Shown here piece after piece: positions 31,591 through 41,148 of a DNA stretch of 64,000 nucleotides (position 1 is the first letter of the stretch; every line of letters starts with the position of its first letter). Source of the stretch: an uncultured Nitrososphaerales archaeon (GTDB lineage: Archaea; Thermoproteota; Nitrososphaeria; Nitrososphaerales; Nitrososphaeraceae); contig CAVOHZ010000010.1 in assembly GCA_963695855.1 (NCBI GenBank), positions 256,001 to 320,000 of the forward strand, given 5' to 3'. A program made the position numbers and the translations under genes. A model generated the notes under the pieces. The model saw only the letters and a list, made by a program, of their open reading frames with translations. It had not been told where the DNA came from and did not search any database.

Positions 31591-32706
31591 GTGAAAAAGA
31601 GAATAGAAGAAAAAATAATAGAATCAAGAAAAGATGATAGTTACTATATTGCGGTAGACATTGGAAAGAAAAACTGTGTTGTATGTATAACAGATAAGGA
31701 TGGTTCCATAATAGAAGAAACAAAATATGATAATACTCTACAAGAAGCAGAAAGATTTGCTTCTCATTTGGATAAAAAGTATAGCAACAGAAAATGTCAT
31801 GCTGTTTGTGAATCAACAGCGAATATGTGGTTAAAGACATACGAAGCATTTGAGAAATATGGTATAGATGTTAAACTGGCTAATCCTCTGAAGACCAAGG
31901 CAATAGCAGAAGCAAGGATAAAAACAGATAAACTAGATGCTAGAATATTAGCACATTTACTACGATCTAATTTGATTGCAGAATCATATATTGCTCCAGA
32001 TAATGTAAGAGAGGATAGATCTCTACTACGACTGAGAATAAACCTCGTACATGACAGAACCAGAGTTATGAATAGAGTACATTCCCTGTTGGATAAATAT
32101 GATCTGAAATGCAGGTATGAGCATATATTTGGTGTAAATGGTATCAGATGGCTAAAGAGTATAGAACTAAAACTGAAAGGTAATAATGACCAGGTTCAAC
32201 TTGCCAACTACATAAAAAATATTGAATTTCTAAATTCTGAAATCAGACAAATTGAAAAACAGAAATCTGCTGAGGCATCGCACAATGAAAATGTAAAGAT
32301 ATTGATGAGCATGACAGGAATCGACTATTTTTCTGCAATGCTCATTAGTTCTGAGATAGGAGATATATCCAGATTCAGAACAGCAGAAAAACTTGTCTCA
32401 TGGTGTGGATTGTGTCCAACTATATATCAATCAGGTAACTCGATGTATATGGGTAGAATGAAAAAAGATGGAAACAAAAAGATAAACTGGATCATGATTC
32501 AGGCAGCGAATACAGCATCAAGGACAGACGAAAGAATGAAAAAATATTATATAAAGATAGCAAAAAGACATGGACATCATGTAGCGATAACTCATGTAGC
32601 AAACAAGATGATAAGGATAATCTGGTCAATGCTAACATACAAACAACTGTACAATGAAAGAAAAAAGGAACTATATGAGACAAAACTTAAGAAGATCCAG
32701 AATTAA
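31591..32706 (+). CDS. IS110-family DEDD recombinase B
   Basis: AVDIG, CEST, KTDKLD, MTGID and QSG motifs; GGAGG just upstream. Confidence 0.95.
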   Translation: MKKRIEEKIIESRKDDSYYIAVDIGKKNCVVCITDKDGSIIEETKYDNTLQEAERFASHLDKKYSNRKCHAVCESTANMWLKTYEAFEKYGIDVKLANPLKTKAIAEARIKTDKLDARILAHLLRSNLIAESYIAPDNVREDRSLLRLRINLVHDRTRVMNRVHSLLDKYDLKCRYEHIFGVNGIRWLKSIELKLKGNNDQVQLANYIKNIEFLNSEIRQIEKQKSAEASHNENVKILMSMTGIDYFSAMLISSEIGDISRFRTAEKLVSWCGLCPTIYQSGNSMYMGRMKKDGNKKINWIMIQAANTASRTDERMKKYYIKIAKRHGHHVAITHVANKMIRIIWSMLTYKQLYNERKKELYETKLKKIQN

Positions 32707-32874
32707 TGTAAAGTGATACATCATTGCTATGTATCATACTGACTGACAGATAAAGTATCAAACATTACACGGCAGTAGTAGTATTTGGATAAGGAAAATG
32801 ATCAGAAGAGACTTTTACATAGATGCCCAACTCATTTTGCCTAACACATTTAGCTAACCAAATCTAGTCATATT

Positions 32875-33783
32875 ATGTGAACTGGAGAAATCACAACGAA
32901 TCTCTTGTCAAACGTGGCGAGGTATTACTTGATTGTGATGTTATAGATAACTGGAATACTGAACGAGAGAAGATGAATAAGGACAAGAAAGGAAGGTAGA
33001 AAATTCGTATATCCAGATTCATTGATCAAGTTATTCGGATACATGAGAGCATATTTTCACTTACCTTACAGACAAACAGAAGGCGTAGTTAGGGAACATG
33101 CTTCAAACACACTACCATCTATTCCAGATTATAGTAACATTAGTAGAAGAATAAACAGACTGGATATCAAGATTTCTGATGATGATATAACCAAATCTAA
33201 CTTGCATGATGATAATTTTGTAATTGCAATTGATTCTACTGGTGTTAAAGTTACAAACAGGGGTGAATGGATTAGACACAAGTGGAATGTAAAGAGAGGT
33301 TATCTAAAGATACATGTAGCAGTAGACATAAAAAAGAAGAGAATTTTATCACTGCATGTAACCAGTGAAGAAGTACATGATGGAAAAGTACTTCGAAAAT
33401 TAATAGATGAGATTACAGTAAAGAATAACAAAATGATATATACTGCCATCATCATGGACGGTGCCTATGATAGTAACAAGATCTTTCAGTATCTGTCATT
33501 TAAAGGCATACAACCAGCAATAAAGGTAAGAAAGAATTCCATGTGTAGAAAGAAGACCAATCATTACCTTAGAAACAAGATGGTGAAAATGCAGAACAAT
33601 AATTTGCAAGAATGGAAGGATAGCGATAGCTATGGCAAGAGGTGGATAGTTGAATCTGTCTTCTCCTGTATCAAGAGAATGTTTGGAGAATATGTTACTG
33701 CTATCAGGTTAGAGAACATGATAAGAGAGATAATGTTGAAAGCATCGTTGTATAACTGGTTTCAAAGTATAACTGTTACATAA
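32875..33783 (+). pseudogene. IS5 (ISH1-like) transposase, frameshifted near the N-terminus
   Basis: NWRNHNESLVKRGE is out of frame with the LPYRQTEG, IDSTG, KIHVAVD, DGAYD and RWIVES motifs. Confidence 0.85.
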
Positions 33784-33947
33784 TTATCAATCATATAATA
33801 ATGAGAAAGATTGTTTAAACGAGTTATGCATCTATGTAAAAGTCTCTTCTGATCATTTTCCTTATCCAAATACTACTACTGCCGTGTAATGTTTGATACT
33901 TTATCTGTCAGTCAGTATGATACATAGCAATGATGTATCACTTTACA

Positions 33948-35063
33948 TTAATTCTGGATCTTCTTAAGTTTTGTCTCATATAGTTCCTTTTTTCTTTCAT
34001 TGTACAGTTGTTTGTATGTTAGCATTGACCAGATTATCCTTATCATCTTGTTTGCTACATGAGTTATCGCTACATGATGTCCATGTCTTTTTGCTATCTT
34101 TATATAATATTTTTTCATTCTTTCGTCTGTCCTTGATGCTGTATTCGCTGCCTGAATCATGATCCAGTTTATCTTTTTGTTTCCATCTTTTTTCATTCTA
34201 CCCATATACATCGAGTTACCTGATTGATATATAGTTGGACACAATCCACACCATGAGACAAGTTTTTCTGCTGTTCTGAATCTGGATATATCTCCTATCT
34301 CAGAACTAATGAGCATTGCAGAAAAATAGTCGATTCCTGTCATGCTCATCAATATCTTTACATTTTCATTGTGCGATGCCTCAGCAGATTTCTGTTTTTC
34401 AATTTGTCTGATTTCAGAATTTAGAAATTCAATATTTTTTATGTAGTTGGCAAGTTGAACCTGGTCATTATTACCTTTCAGTTTTAGTTCTATACTCTTT
34501 AGCCATCTGATACCATTTACACCAAATATATGCTCATACCTGCATTTCAGATCATATTTATCCAACAGGGAATGTACTCTATTCATAACTCTGGTTCTGT
34601 CATGTACGAGGTTTATTCTCAGTCGTAGTAGAGATCTATCCTCTCTTACATTATCTGGAGCAATATATGATTCTGCAATCAAATTAGATCGTAGTAAATG
34701 TGCTAATATTCTAGCATCTAGTTTATCTGTTTTTATCCTTGCTTCTGCTATTGCCTTGGTCTTCAGAGGATTAGCCAGTTTAACATCTATACCATATTTC
34801 TCAAATGCTTCGTATGTCTTTAACCACATATTCGCTGTTGATTCACAAACAGCATGACATTTTCTGTTGCTATACTTTTTATCCAAATGAGAAGCAAATC
34901 TTTCTGCTTCTTGTAGAGTATTATCATATTTTGTTTCTTCTATTATGGAACCATCCTTATCTGTTATACATACAACACAGTTTTTCTTTCCAATGTCTAC
35001 CGCAATATAGTAACTATCATCTTTTCTTGATTCTATTATTTTTTCTTCTATTCTCTTTTTCAC
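33948..35063 (-). CDS. IS110-family recombinase B, copy 2
   Basis: 371 aa, identical to 31591-32706. Confidence 0.95.
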   Translation of the reverse strand: MKKRIEEKIIESRKDDSYYIAVDIGKKNCVVCITDKDGSIIEETKYDNTLQEAERFASHLDKKYSNRKCHAVCESTANMWLKTYEAFEKYGIDVKLANPLKTKAIAEARIKTDKLDARILAHLLRSNLIAESYIAPDNVREDRSLLRLRINLVHDRTRVMNRVHSLLDKYDLKCRYEHIFGVNGIRWLKSIELKLKGNNDQVQLANYIKNIEFLNSEIRQIEKQKSAEASHNENVKILMSMTGIDYFSAMLISSEIGDISRFRTAEKLVSWCGLCPTIYQSGNSMYMGRMKKDGNKKINWIMIQAANTASRTDERMKKYYIKIAKRHGHHVAITHVANKMIRIIWSMLTYKQLYNERKKELYETKLKKIQN

Positions 35064-35110
35064 CTCCTTTTTTTTATTATGATACTAGTATCAGTATACC
35101 AACCAACCAA

Positions 35111-35252
35111 CCAACTAGCCAGACAAAGCTGCAAACATCTATCAGAGCTCTTTATGGCTCACATATACAGCAGCTTACACATATCCCCATTCAACAAGCA
35201 AGACCTTATCCTAGTAAGACAGGTCACGCACAACAAGGGGTTAGCCAGTTGG
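35111..35252 (-). ncRNA. Predicted bridge RNA of IS110-B copy 2
   Basis: Reverse complement of 31402-31543. Confidence 0.8.
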
Positions 35253-35294
35253 ATAAGAGAATAGATAACAGGAAAAGACTTTTACATGTATTCA

Positions 35295-35472
35295 ACAAAC
35301 TAGCATTTTTGTCTTGATCATTATATTCAGCCAAATCCAACAAAGATTTAATAAAGAATAGTTTATACGTGCTCGATAATTTAGGAGCGCTAAAGAGCGA
35401 ATTAACTTTTACCAGATAATGTTGATAACCACTTTCTTTTTCGTTTTCAAATCGGTTATCTATGTCAAGCAT
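35295..35472 (-). pseudogene. N-terminal fragment of a probable HNH-endonuclease-family protein, truncated at IS110-B
   Basis: SSTYKLFFIKSLLDL motif; ORF runs into the IS. Confidence 0.5.
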
Positions 35473-35611
35473 TAACGTATTTTATATGAGGACAATATTA
35501 AGATGTAATGTAATAGAGTTAATTTTTTTTACTAAATAACTGTCTTATTTACGAGAGTAACTCATCTTCCTAGTATTCTATAGAATAACATGTAAATGAA
35601 CACTGATAAAA

Positions 35612-35664
35612 ACGGGACCGTAGGGAGTAATAGCTATAGCGGTGCTAAAATAAGAGCCTAATGT
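35612..35664. repeat. About 53-bp GC-rich dispersed repeat, copy 1
   Basis: ACGGGACCGTAGGGAGTAA...ATAGCGGTGC...CTAATGT. Confidence 0.75.
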
Positions 35665-36600
35665 TCTATTAATAAAGAACATAATACTTATATTATTTTT
35701 TAAATATAATAGTTCACTTTAGGTGGTATATTTTGTTAATAACGTATTTTGTTAATACCTTGAGATTTATAATTACTTTAGAAAAATTTTTAATCTTACA
35801 ATCTGATTTTATTAACATCGAAATAAAAGCCAGAACCTGCTACTATTGAAGAGTATATCAATAATAGAACGCTATGGTGAATCAAATCTTATTTACAAAT
35901 TAAAATGAAAAGTTACAAATGAAACATCACGCGCCTATCGGAAGTTGAAGAGTCATGGTTTCAGTGTTCAATGTTCATTTCGATTATGAAAAAGTTCGAG
36001 CATAAACAAATGCAATATAGTGACAAATTTCATATATTTTGACTTTTTTATAATAAGGCAGAAATTTTATAATGTATGATAGAAATAGGTTAACACTTAG
36101 TAAGTTAGAGGTTAATGCAACAGGAGGAGCTAATAATTAACTGGTCTAGGAAAAAATATTTTTGATAAGTTTTTTCAAAGGCAAAGGCGTAAGGAATTTA
36201 AAGGTATGGAAGCCAAAGCCACAGAGGCACAAAACCAACACGTCTATAATTAATTTGCTAACAAAAACGAAATAGTCCATGAACAAAATAGAATAGTAAT
36301 ATTAAAAGAGAGGACTGGACTTAGTGATGAGGAGATTTTAGATTCCCTACAACGATTGATTGAAAAGTCAAGTTCTTGCAGTTTCAGGTAAATCACAAAC
36401 AAAACATTCCATAGAAAGAATCCATTTGCATAATTCTATGCGTTTTCTACTGGCTTTTTATCATCTATTTTATCTAATTTTTTTTCCTTTTTTCCAAATA
36501 GTTTACTGAATATATTACAAAACATACTATTATATACACAGAAAGGATATTTAAGTTTGATATTGATTTTTATATTTTAAAAAAGTTTTTTATTATTATT

Positions 36601-36729
36601 TTGAAATGTGCTGATTGTATAGAACATTGTAAAGTTAGCCCCTCACCATTTGAATGTCCTGATTGTATTCTTGATAAATGTTGTTGTTGGGAAAATTTCC
36701 ATTTTAGTGACGATAATAATATTATCTAA
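36601..36729 (+). CDS. Unlisted 42-aa Cys-rich protein (metallothionein-like)
   Basis: TTG start; (M)KCADCIEHCKVSPSPFECPDCILDKCCCWENFHFSDDNNII; AT-rich TATA-like tract about 25 bp upstream. Confidence 0.65.
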   Translation: MKCADCIEHCKVSPSPFECPDCILDKCCCWENFHFSDDNNII

Positions 36730-36750
36730 CATATTGAACCCGAGAAAACT

Positions 36751-36803
36751 ACGGGCCCGTAGGGAGTAAGACCGATAGCGGTGCAAAAAGAGGAGTCTAA
36801 TGT
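36751..36803. repeat. About 53-bp GC-rich dispersed repeat, copy 2
   Basis: ACGGGCCCGTAGGGAGTAA...ATAGCGGTGC...CTAATGT. Confidence 0.75.
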
Positions 36804-37059
36804 AAAGATAGTAGTATCTTGTATTTAGCTTTTATTGTTAGAAACTTTTTGATGACTATAATATTTGTATAATACTACATTTTAAATACAAAAGAAGAAT
36901 ATAATGGGTATCTCACCTCAACTAATTTAAAATAATAATCTTCAAATGTATAAGATTGACAATTATAGTCATAAAAATTAGAACATTGAATCTCACAGAT
37001 TAGGTTAGATATCAAATGACAATATCTGTACAAAGATGAATAACATAGAAAATTATAAT

Positions 37060-37890
37060 CTATTCTTCAATTCGCACTGAATCTCCACGCCGAATTGTTC
37101 CGCCTCTATATATTGATGCATAGACTCCGACATTTACCTGATTGTATTTAGCAACTGTTTTCAATATACCTAAATCTTTGGGAAGGTCACTCTGTGGAAG
37201 CGTAATCATAATACACCTAGTGCACGGTTGAATGACCTTGAGCAAAATCTCCTCACCGATTGTTATATTCTTGCCTACCCATGAATTCTCAACAAAGTCT
37301 ATCTCTTCGGCTAATGGCTCTACAACTATGTTTGGCCTAAACCGTCGTATTTCGAATCGTCCTTTAGGGTAAAGTTCGCTTAGACGGTTAATTGTAGAAG
37401 TTGTCAATATATGTACTACCGCAATATCAAAGAAACTTTGTGGAGGCATGGCTTCGTCAGTAGTCTTCTCTCTTTGTGCTAGGCCCTCTATATTTGGCCA
37501 ATACTCTTCATATATTGGCTTCTCCAAACTATTCCTTATGAGCTTAACTTTTCTACCAAGAATGTTGGATAAAGTATGATTCATATCATTGTGAGTAGAG
37601 AAAACTTGTGTACCATCTGGGAGGGTAATCCGGACAGGTGGAATGTTATTAACAGCTTGTGGTAAGTCTATAAATGCACTACGAAAGTCGAAGAGCTTTC
37701 CCCATTTACTAGGATTCTTGGCACTAACCACCTTTCCAGTTTCTTCGTCAATTAGTGCGTATACACGGTCTCATATCAATCCTTGTTCTGTTACATAGGA
37801 AGAATTAAGCTCTTCTCCAAGCATTGACTTTACTGGATATCTCCATATAGATACTACCTTTCCAATTGTAGTGGTCTCAGCTTGATTCAC
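37060..37890 (-). pseudogene. MOSC-domain protein with an in-frame TGA
   Basis: IWRYPVKSMLGE...GLI*DR, RRFRPN and PCTRC motifs; stop at 37771-73. Confidence 0.85.
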
Positions 37891-38078
37891 AGACAATCAC
37901 CCTGTATGAATCTTTTTAGTGCAATTTCTTATTTATCATTTATGATATGATATGACGGATTATTATTAATAATTTGGATAATATCGCCATTCAGATGATT
38001 TGAATAAATAAATTGTTCTAATTGATACACTATTTTATTCATATTGATTATGTCTTGACTTTGTCTCTTACCAATTGC

Positions 38079-38480
38079 TTAAGACCATTTTATCATCCAC
38101 TGTATTAAATTAAAAATAGATTCAACTAGTTCCTGTCCTTTTCTAGTCAGTTTGTATTCTACACGTGGCGGAATTTCATTATATGCTTGTCTTTCTAGAA
38201 TGCCATCTTTTTCAAGTTCTTTTAATCTGCGAGCAAGAGTTTTGCTACTAATATCCTTCATTAACTCTCTGAATTGCTTATATCTTACAGGATTAGTAGT
38301 ACAACATAAAGGAATTAGCATTTCAAATGTACCTCTTTTTGTTATCAAATTTCGAAGTTTAGTTGTTTGTAACATTAGTTTTTGAGAATCGTATCCTTCA
38401 AAACTGCAACTATCAACATCATAAATTGGTAATTTGTTTACAGTTTGTCTCTTTGTTTCCTTCATGACACTTTGTGTCAT
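38079..38480 (-). CDS. HxlR-family winged-helix regulator
   Basis: ISSKTLARRLKELE..G...R..YNEIPPRVEYKLT.KG. Confidence 0.92.
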   Translation of the reverse strand: MTQSVMKETKRQTVNKLPIYDVDSCSFEGYDSQKLMLQTTKLRNLITKRGTFEMLIPLCCTTNPVRYKQFRELMKDISSKTLARRLKELEKDGILERQAYNEIPPRVEYKLTRKGQELVESIFNLIQWMIKWS

Positions 38481-38525
38481 ATAGTCATCTTGATGATTTA
38501 AATAGTTTACTTAGTAAACATAAAT

Positions 38526-39308
38526 ATGGAAAAAGAATTATTAAAAGAAAAAATCAAGGAAAATTATAACATAATTGCTTTAAAAGGTAATATTGATTTT
38601 TGTTGCGTCCCACAAGAAGTCAGTAATATAACTAATATCTCTATTGACAAAATGGCATCAACTCTTCTAGGATATCATGATAAAGAATTGAAATCTATTC
38701 CCCAAGAATCAATTCTTGGATTAGGTTGTGGTGCTCCTTTAAATTTTGCAAATTTAAAAAGAGGCGAAACTGTAGTTGATTTGGGTTCGCGTGTAGGGAT
38801 TGATGTATTTTTAGCATCTAAAGTGGTAGGTAATGAGGGAAAAGTTATTGGAATTGATATGACTGATGAAATGTTAGAAAAAGCCAGATACGCTGCAAAA
38901 AACAATAATTATAGGAATGTAGAATTTAGAAAGGGAGACATAGAAGAGAAAATACCAATTGAAGATAATTCAGTAGATGTTGTAATAAGTAATTGTGTTA
39001 TTAATCTGATCTCAAATAAGACAAATACTTTCAAAGAAATTTATCGTATTTTGAAAAAAGATGGAAAAGGAAGAATGATTATTTCAGATTTGATAACGAC
39101 TAAAGAGATTAACAATAACAATATCAATATTGACAATTGGTGTAGTTGTATTGATGGTGCATTAACAAAAGAAAATTATTTACAAAGTATTAAAGATGCT
39201 GGTTTTCAAAACATTCAGGCATTAAATGAGAAAACATACATGGATGAAAATCATTTTAGTGATGGAAGAAAAATAATCAGCGTAATGATAAAAGCGATTA
39301 CAAAATAA
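38526..39308 (+). CDS. arsM: Arsenite S-adenosylmethionine methyltransferase
   Basis: CC, LGLGCGAP, VDLGS..G.D, ISNCVINL and WCSCIDGA motifs. Confidence 0.9.
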   Translation: MEKELLKEKIKENYNIIALKGNIDFCCVPQEVSNITNISIDKMASTLLGYHDKELKSIPQESILGLGCGAPLNFANLKRGETVVDLGSRVGIDVFLASKVVGNEGKVIGIDMTDEMLEKARYAAKNNNYRNVEFRKGDIEEKIPIEDNSVDVVISNCVINLISNKTNTFKEIYRILKKDGKGRMIISDLITTKEINNNNINIDNWCSCIDGALTKENYLQSIKDAGFQNIQALNEKTYMDENHFSDGRKIISVMIKAITK

Positions 39309-39326
39309 AAGAAGAAGGTAATAATA

Positions 39327-39776
39327 ATGAGATTTTTCAATAGATTATCTTTTCACAAAAATGATGATAAAACCATTTTGTTTGTATGTGTTGAAAATGC
39401 AGGAAGGAGTCAGATGGCTGAAGGATTCTTTAAGAAATATGCTCCAAAAAGATTTAAAGGTAAAAGTGCAGGAACAAAACCTGTATCTCAAATTAATCCT
39501 ATTGCAGTCCAAGCAATGAGCGAAGTTGGAATAGATATCAGTAAACAAAAATCTAAGGAATTAACTGAAGAAATGATTAGAGAGTCAGAGACAATAGTGA
39601 ATATGGGATGCATGGACAAAAACTTTTGTCCTACAATATTTTTACCAAAGGTTATAGAATGGAATTTAGAAGACCCAAAAGGAAAGTCACTCGATAAAGT
39701 GAGAGAAATAAGAGATGAGATAGAAAGAAGGGTAAAGGAACTTGTTTCAGCAATTACAATCACTCCTGAAAAATAA
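39327..39776 (+). CDS. arsC: LMW-PTP-fold arsenate reductase
   Basis: CVENAGRSQMAE, MGC....CP, W.LEDP. Confidence 0.9.
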   Translation: MRFFNRLSFHKNDDKTILFVCVENAGRSQMAEGFFKKYAPKRFKGKSAGTKPVSQINPIAVQAMSEVGIDISKQKSKELTEEMIRESETIVNMGCMDKNFCPTIFLPKVIEWNLEDPKGKSLDKVREIRDEIERRVKELVSAITITPEK

Positions 39777-40437
39777 CCTAGACAAAAATAAAAAAATCTT
39801 TTTTGCAGAACTCATAGGAACCTTCACAGTTGTAGTATTTGCTACTGGTTCTGTTGTATTAGATGCCAAATTAAATGGAGTCTTAGGACTTCCGTTTATA
39901 GCAATTGCTCCTGCTATTGCTGTTGCCATTGGAGTTTATCTTTTTGGGAAGATATCAATGGCACATTTTAATCCCGCAGTAACTGTGGCATTTTTAATTA
40001 CAAAACACATGGAAAGAAAAAAAGGATTATTCATAATTTACCTTTTAGCAGAAATTATAGGTGGTATTTTAGCAAGTATTTTCATTTATTTTATTTTTGG
40101 GAATGAAGCTAATTTGGGTGCTAACGCTCCCAATTATCTTGATTTTCCAATTTATGTAATTGTTGGAATTGAAATATTAGCATCTGCTTTACTTATGATA
40201 ATAATACTGTTAGTAGTATATACAAAAGGATTAAAGAAATTTGGAGGAATAGCAATAGGTGCTATAGTTGGTTTAGATATCTTCTTATTTGGATTGATAT
40301 CTGGTGCTTCAATGAATCCTGCTCGTTCTTTGGGACCTGCTATTGTTTCTGGTTATTATAATAATATATGGATTTATCTTACTGCACCATTTATTGGAAC
40401 TTCAATTGTAGCGTTATTGTTGAGGAATAAATTTTAA
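39742..40437 (+). CDS. MIP-family aquaporin, probable arsenite/methylarsenite channel
   Basis: HFNPAVT and SMNPARS; in the ars operon. Confidence 0.92.
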   Translation: MFQQLQSLLKNNLDKNKKIFFAELIGTFTVVVFATGSVVLDAKLNGVLGLPFIAIAPAIAVAIGVYLFGKISMAHFNPAVTVAFLITKHMERKKGLFIIYLLAEIIGGILASIFIYFIFGNEANLGANAPNYLDFPIYVIVGIEILASALLMIIILLVVYTKGLKKFGGIAIGAIVGLDIFLFGLISGASMNPARSLGPAIVSGYYNNIWIYLTAPFIGTSIVALLLRNKF

Positions 40438-40737
40438 TCCTCTTCTGTTACTGAATTCTAAAAACCCGTCTTTATTTGAATTTTTATCATAATTATTTCA
40501 GATTTAAAAATGCAAAAAAATGTAGTAATAGAAGAGATGATATTACTTTATTATAATGAATTTAAGATAATATAGTAGGTATTAATAGGTATCAATTGGT
40601 AATAAAAGATAGATAAATGAAAATACAATACCAGACCATTTATTAACTCCTTTTTTAATTGAATGTCGGAATGGAAATTTTAAGAAAAAAGGGTTTGAAA
40701 TCTTTAAATATATTTAGAGTAATGTTTATCAAATCAA

Positions 40738-41127
40738 ATGAAATTTCTTTTTTCTAAATTTGTTTGGTCGATTTTCATTATTTTCATAATGGTTTTATTC
40801 TCTAATAGCCAATTTTTGACTCTTATTACAGCATTTTCACAAGGCGATGATAATAGAAGGGGAGGAGGGTTTGGAATACAAGAAAGAGAACGTGCTAGAA
40901 TACATGCACAGAATAATTCTCAAATTGTTAATGATGATAATAGATTTGGAATACAAGAAAGAGAACGTGCTAGAATACATGCACAGAATAATTCTCAAAT
41001 TTTTAGTAATGATTTAACCCGTATAATTCTAATTTTAACAATAATTGTTATTATTGGTGTTAGCTTATATGCTTTATACAAAATTTATTTGATCAAAAGA
41101 AAATCAAAACAATCTAAACTAAAATAA
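40738..41127 (+). CDS. Paralog of 9769 with an internal duplication
   Basis: FGIQERERARIHAQNNSQI occurs twice. Confidence 0.75.
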   Translation: MKFLFSKFVWSIFIIFIMVLFSNSQFLTLITAFSQGDDNRRGGGFGIQERERARIHAQNNSQIVNDDNRFGIQERERARIHAQNNSQIFSNDLTRIILILTIIVIIGVSLYALYKIYLIKRKSKQSKLK

Positions 41128-41148
41128 TAATAATGGTTTAATTATTAG

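Larger units (their letters stand above)
31362..32825 (+). mobile_element. IS110-family element B, copy 1 (1464 bp)
   Basis: TG core at 31360-61 and 32824-25; 12-bp subterminal IRs ATGTAAAAGTCT/AGACTTTTACAT; ends defined by comparing the two copies. Confidence 0.93.
33829..35292 (-). mobile_element. IS110-family element B, copy 2 (inverted, apparently identical)
   Basis: CA core at 33829-30 and 35293-94; same length and same protein as copy 1. Confidence 0.93.
31352..35302 (+). mobile_element. Nested structure: IS5 (ISH1-like) element with an IS110-B copy at each TIR
   Basis: Empty sites reconstruct as CCTTGT-TG-CCCAACTC and (rc) GTTTGT-TG-CATAACTC; no flanking TSD visible. Confidence 0.8.

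Noticed and set aside
31319-31849. 170-176-aa ORFs antisense to the IS110-B left end (also 34805-35317)
   Set aside because: No motifs; they overlap the recombinase and predicted RNA and recur only because the IS is duplicated
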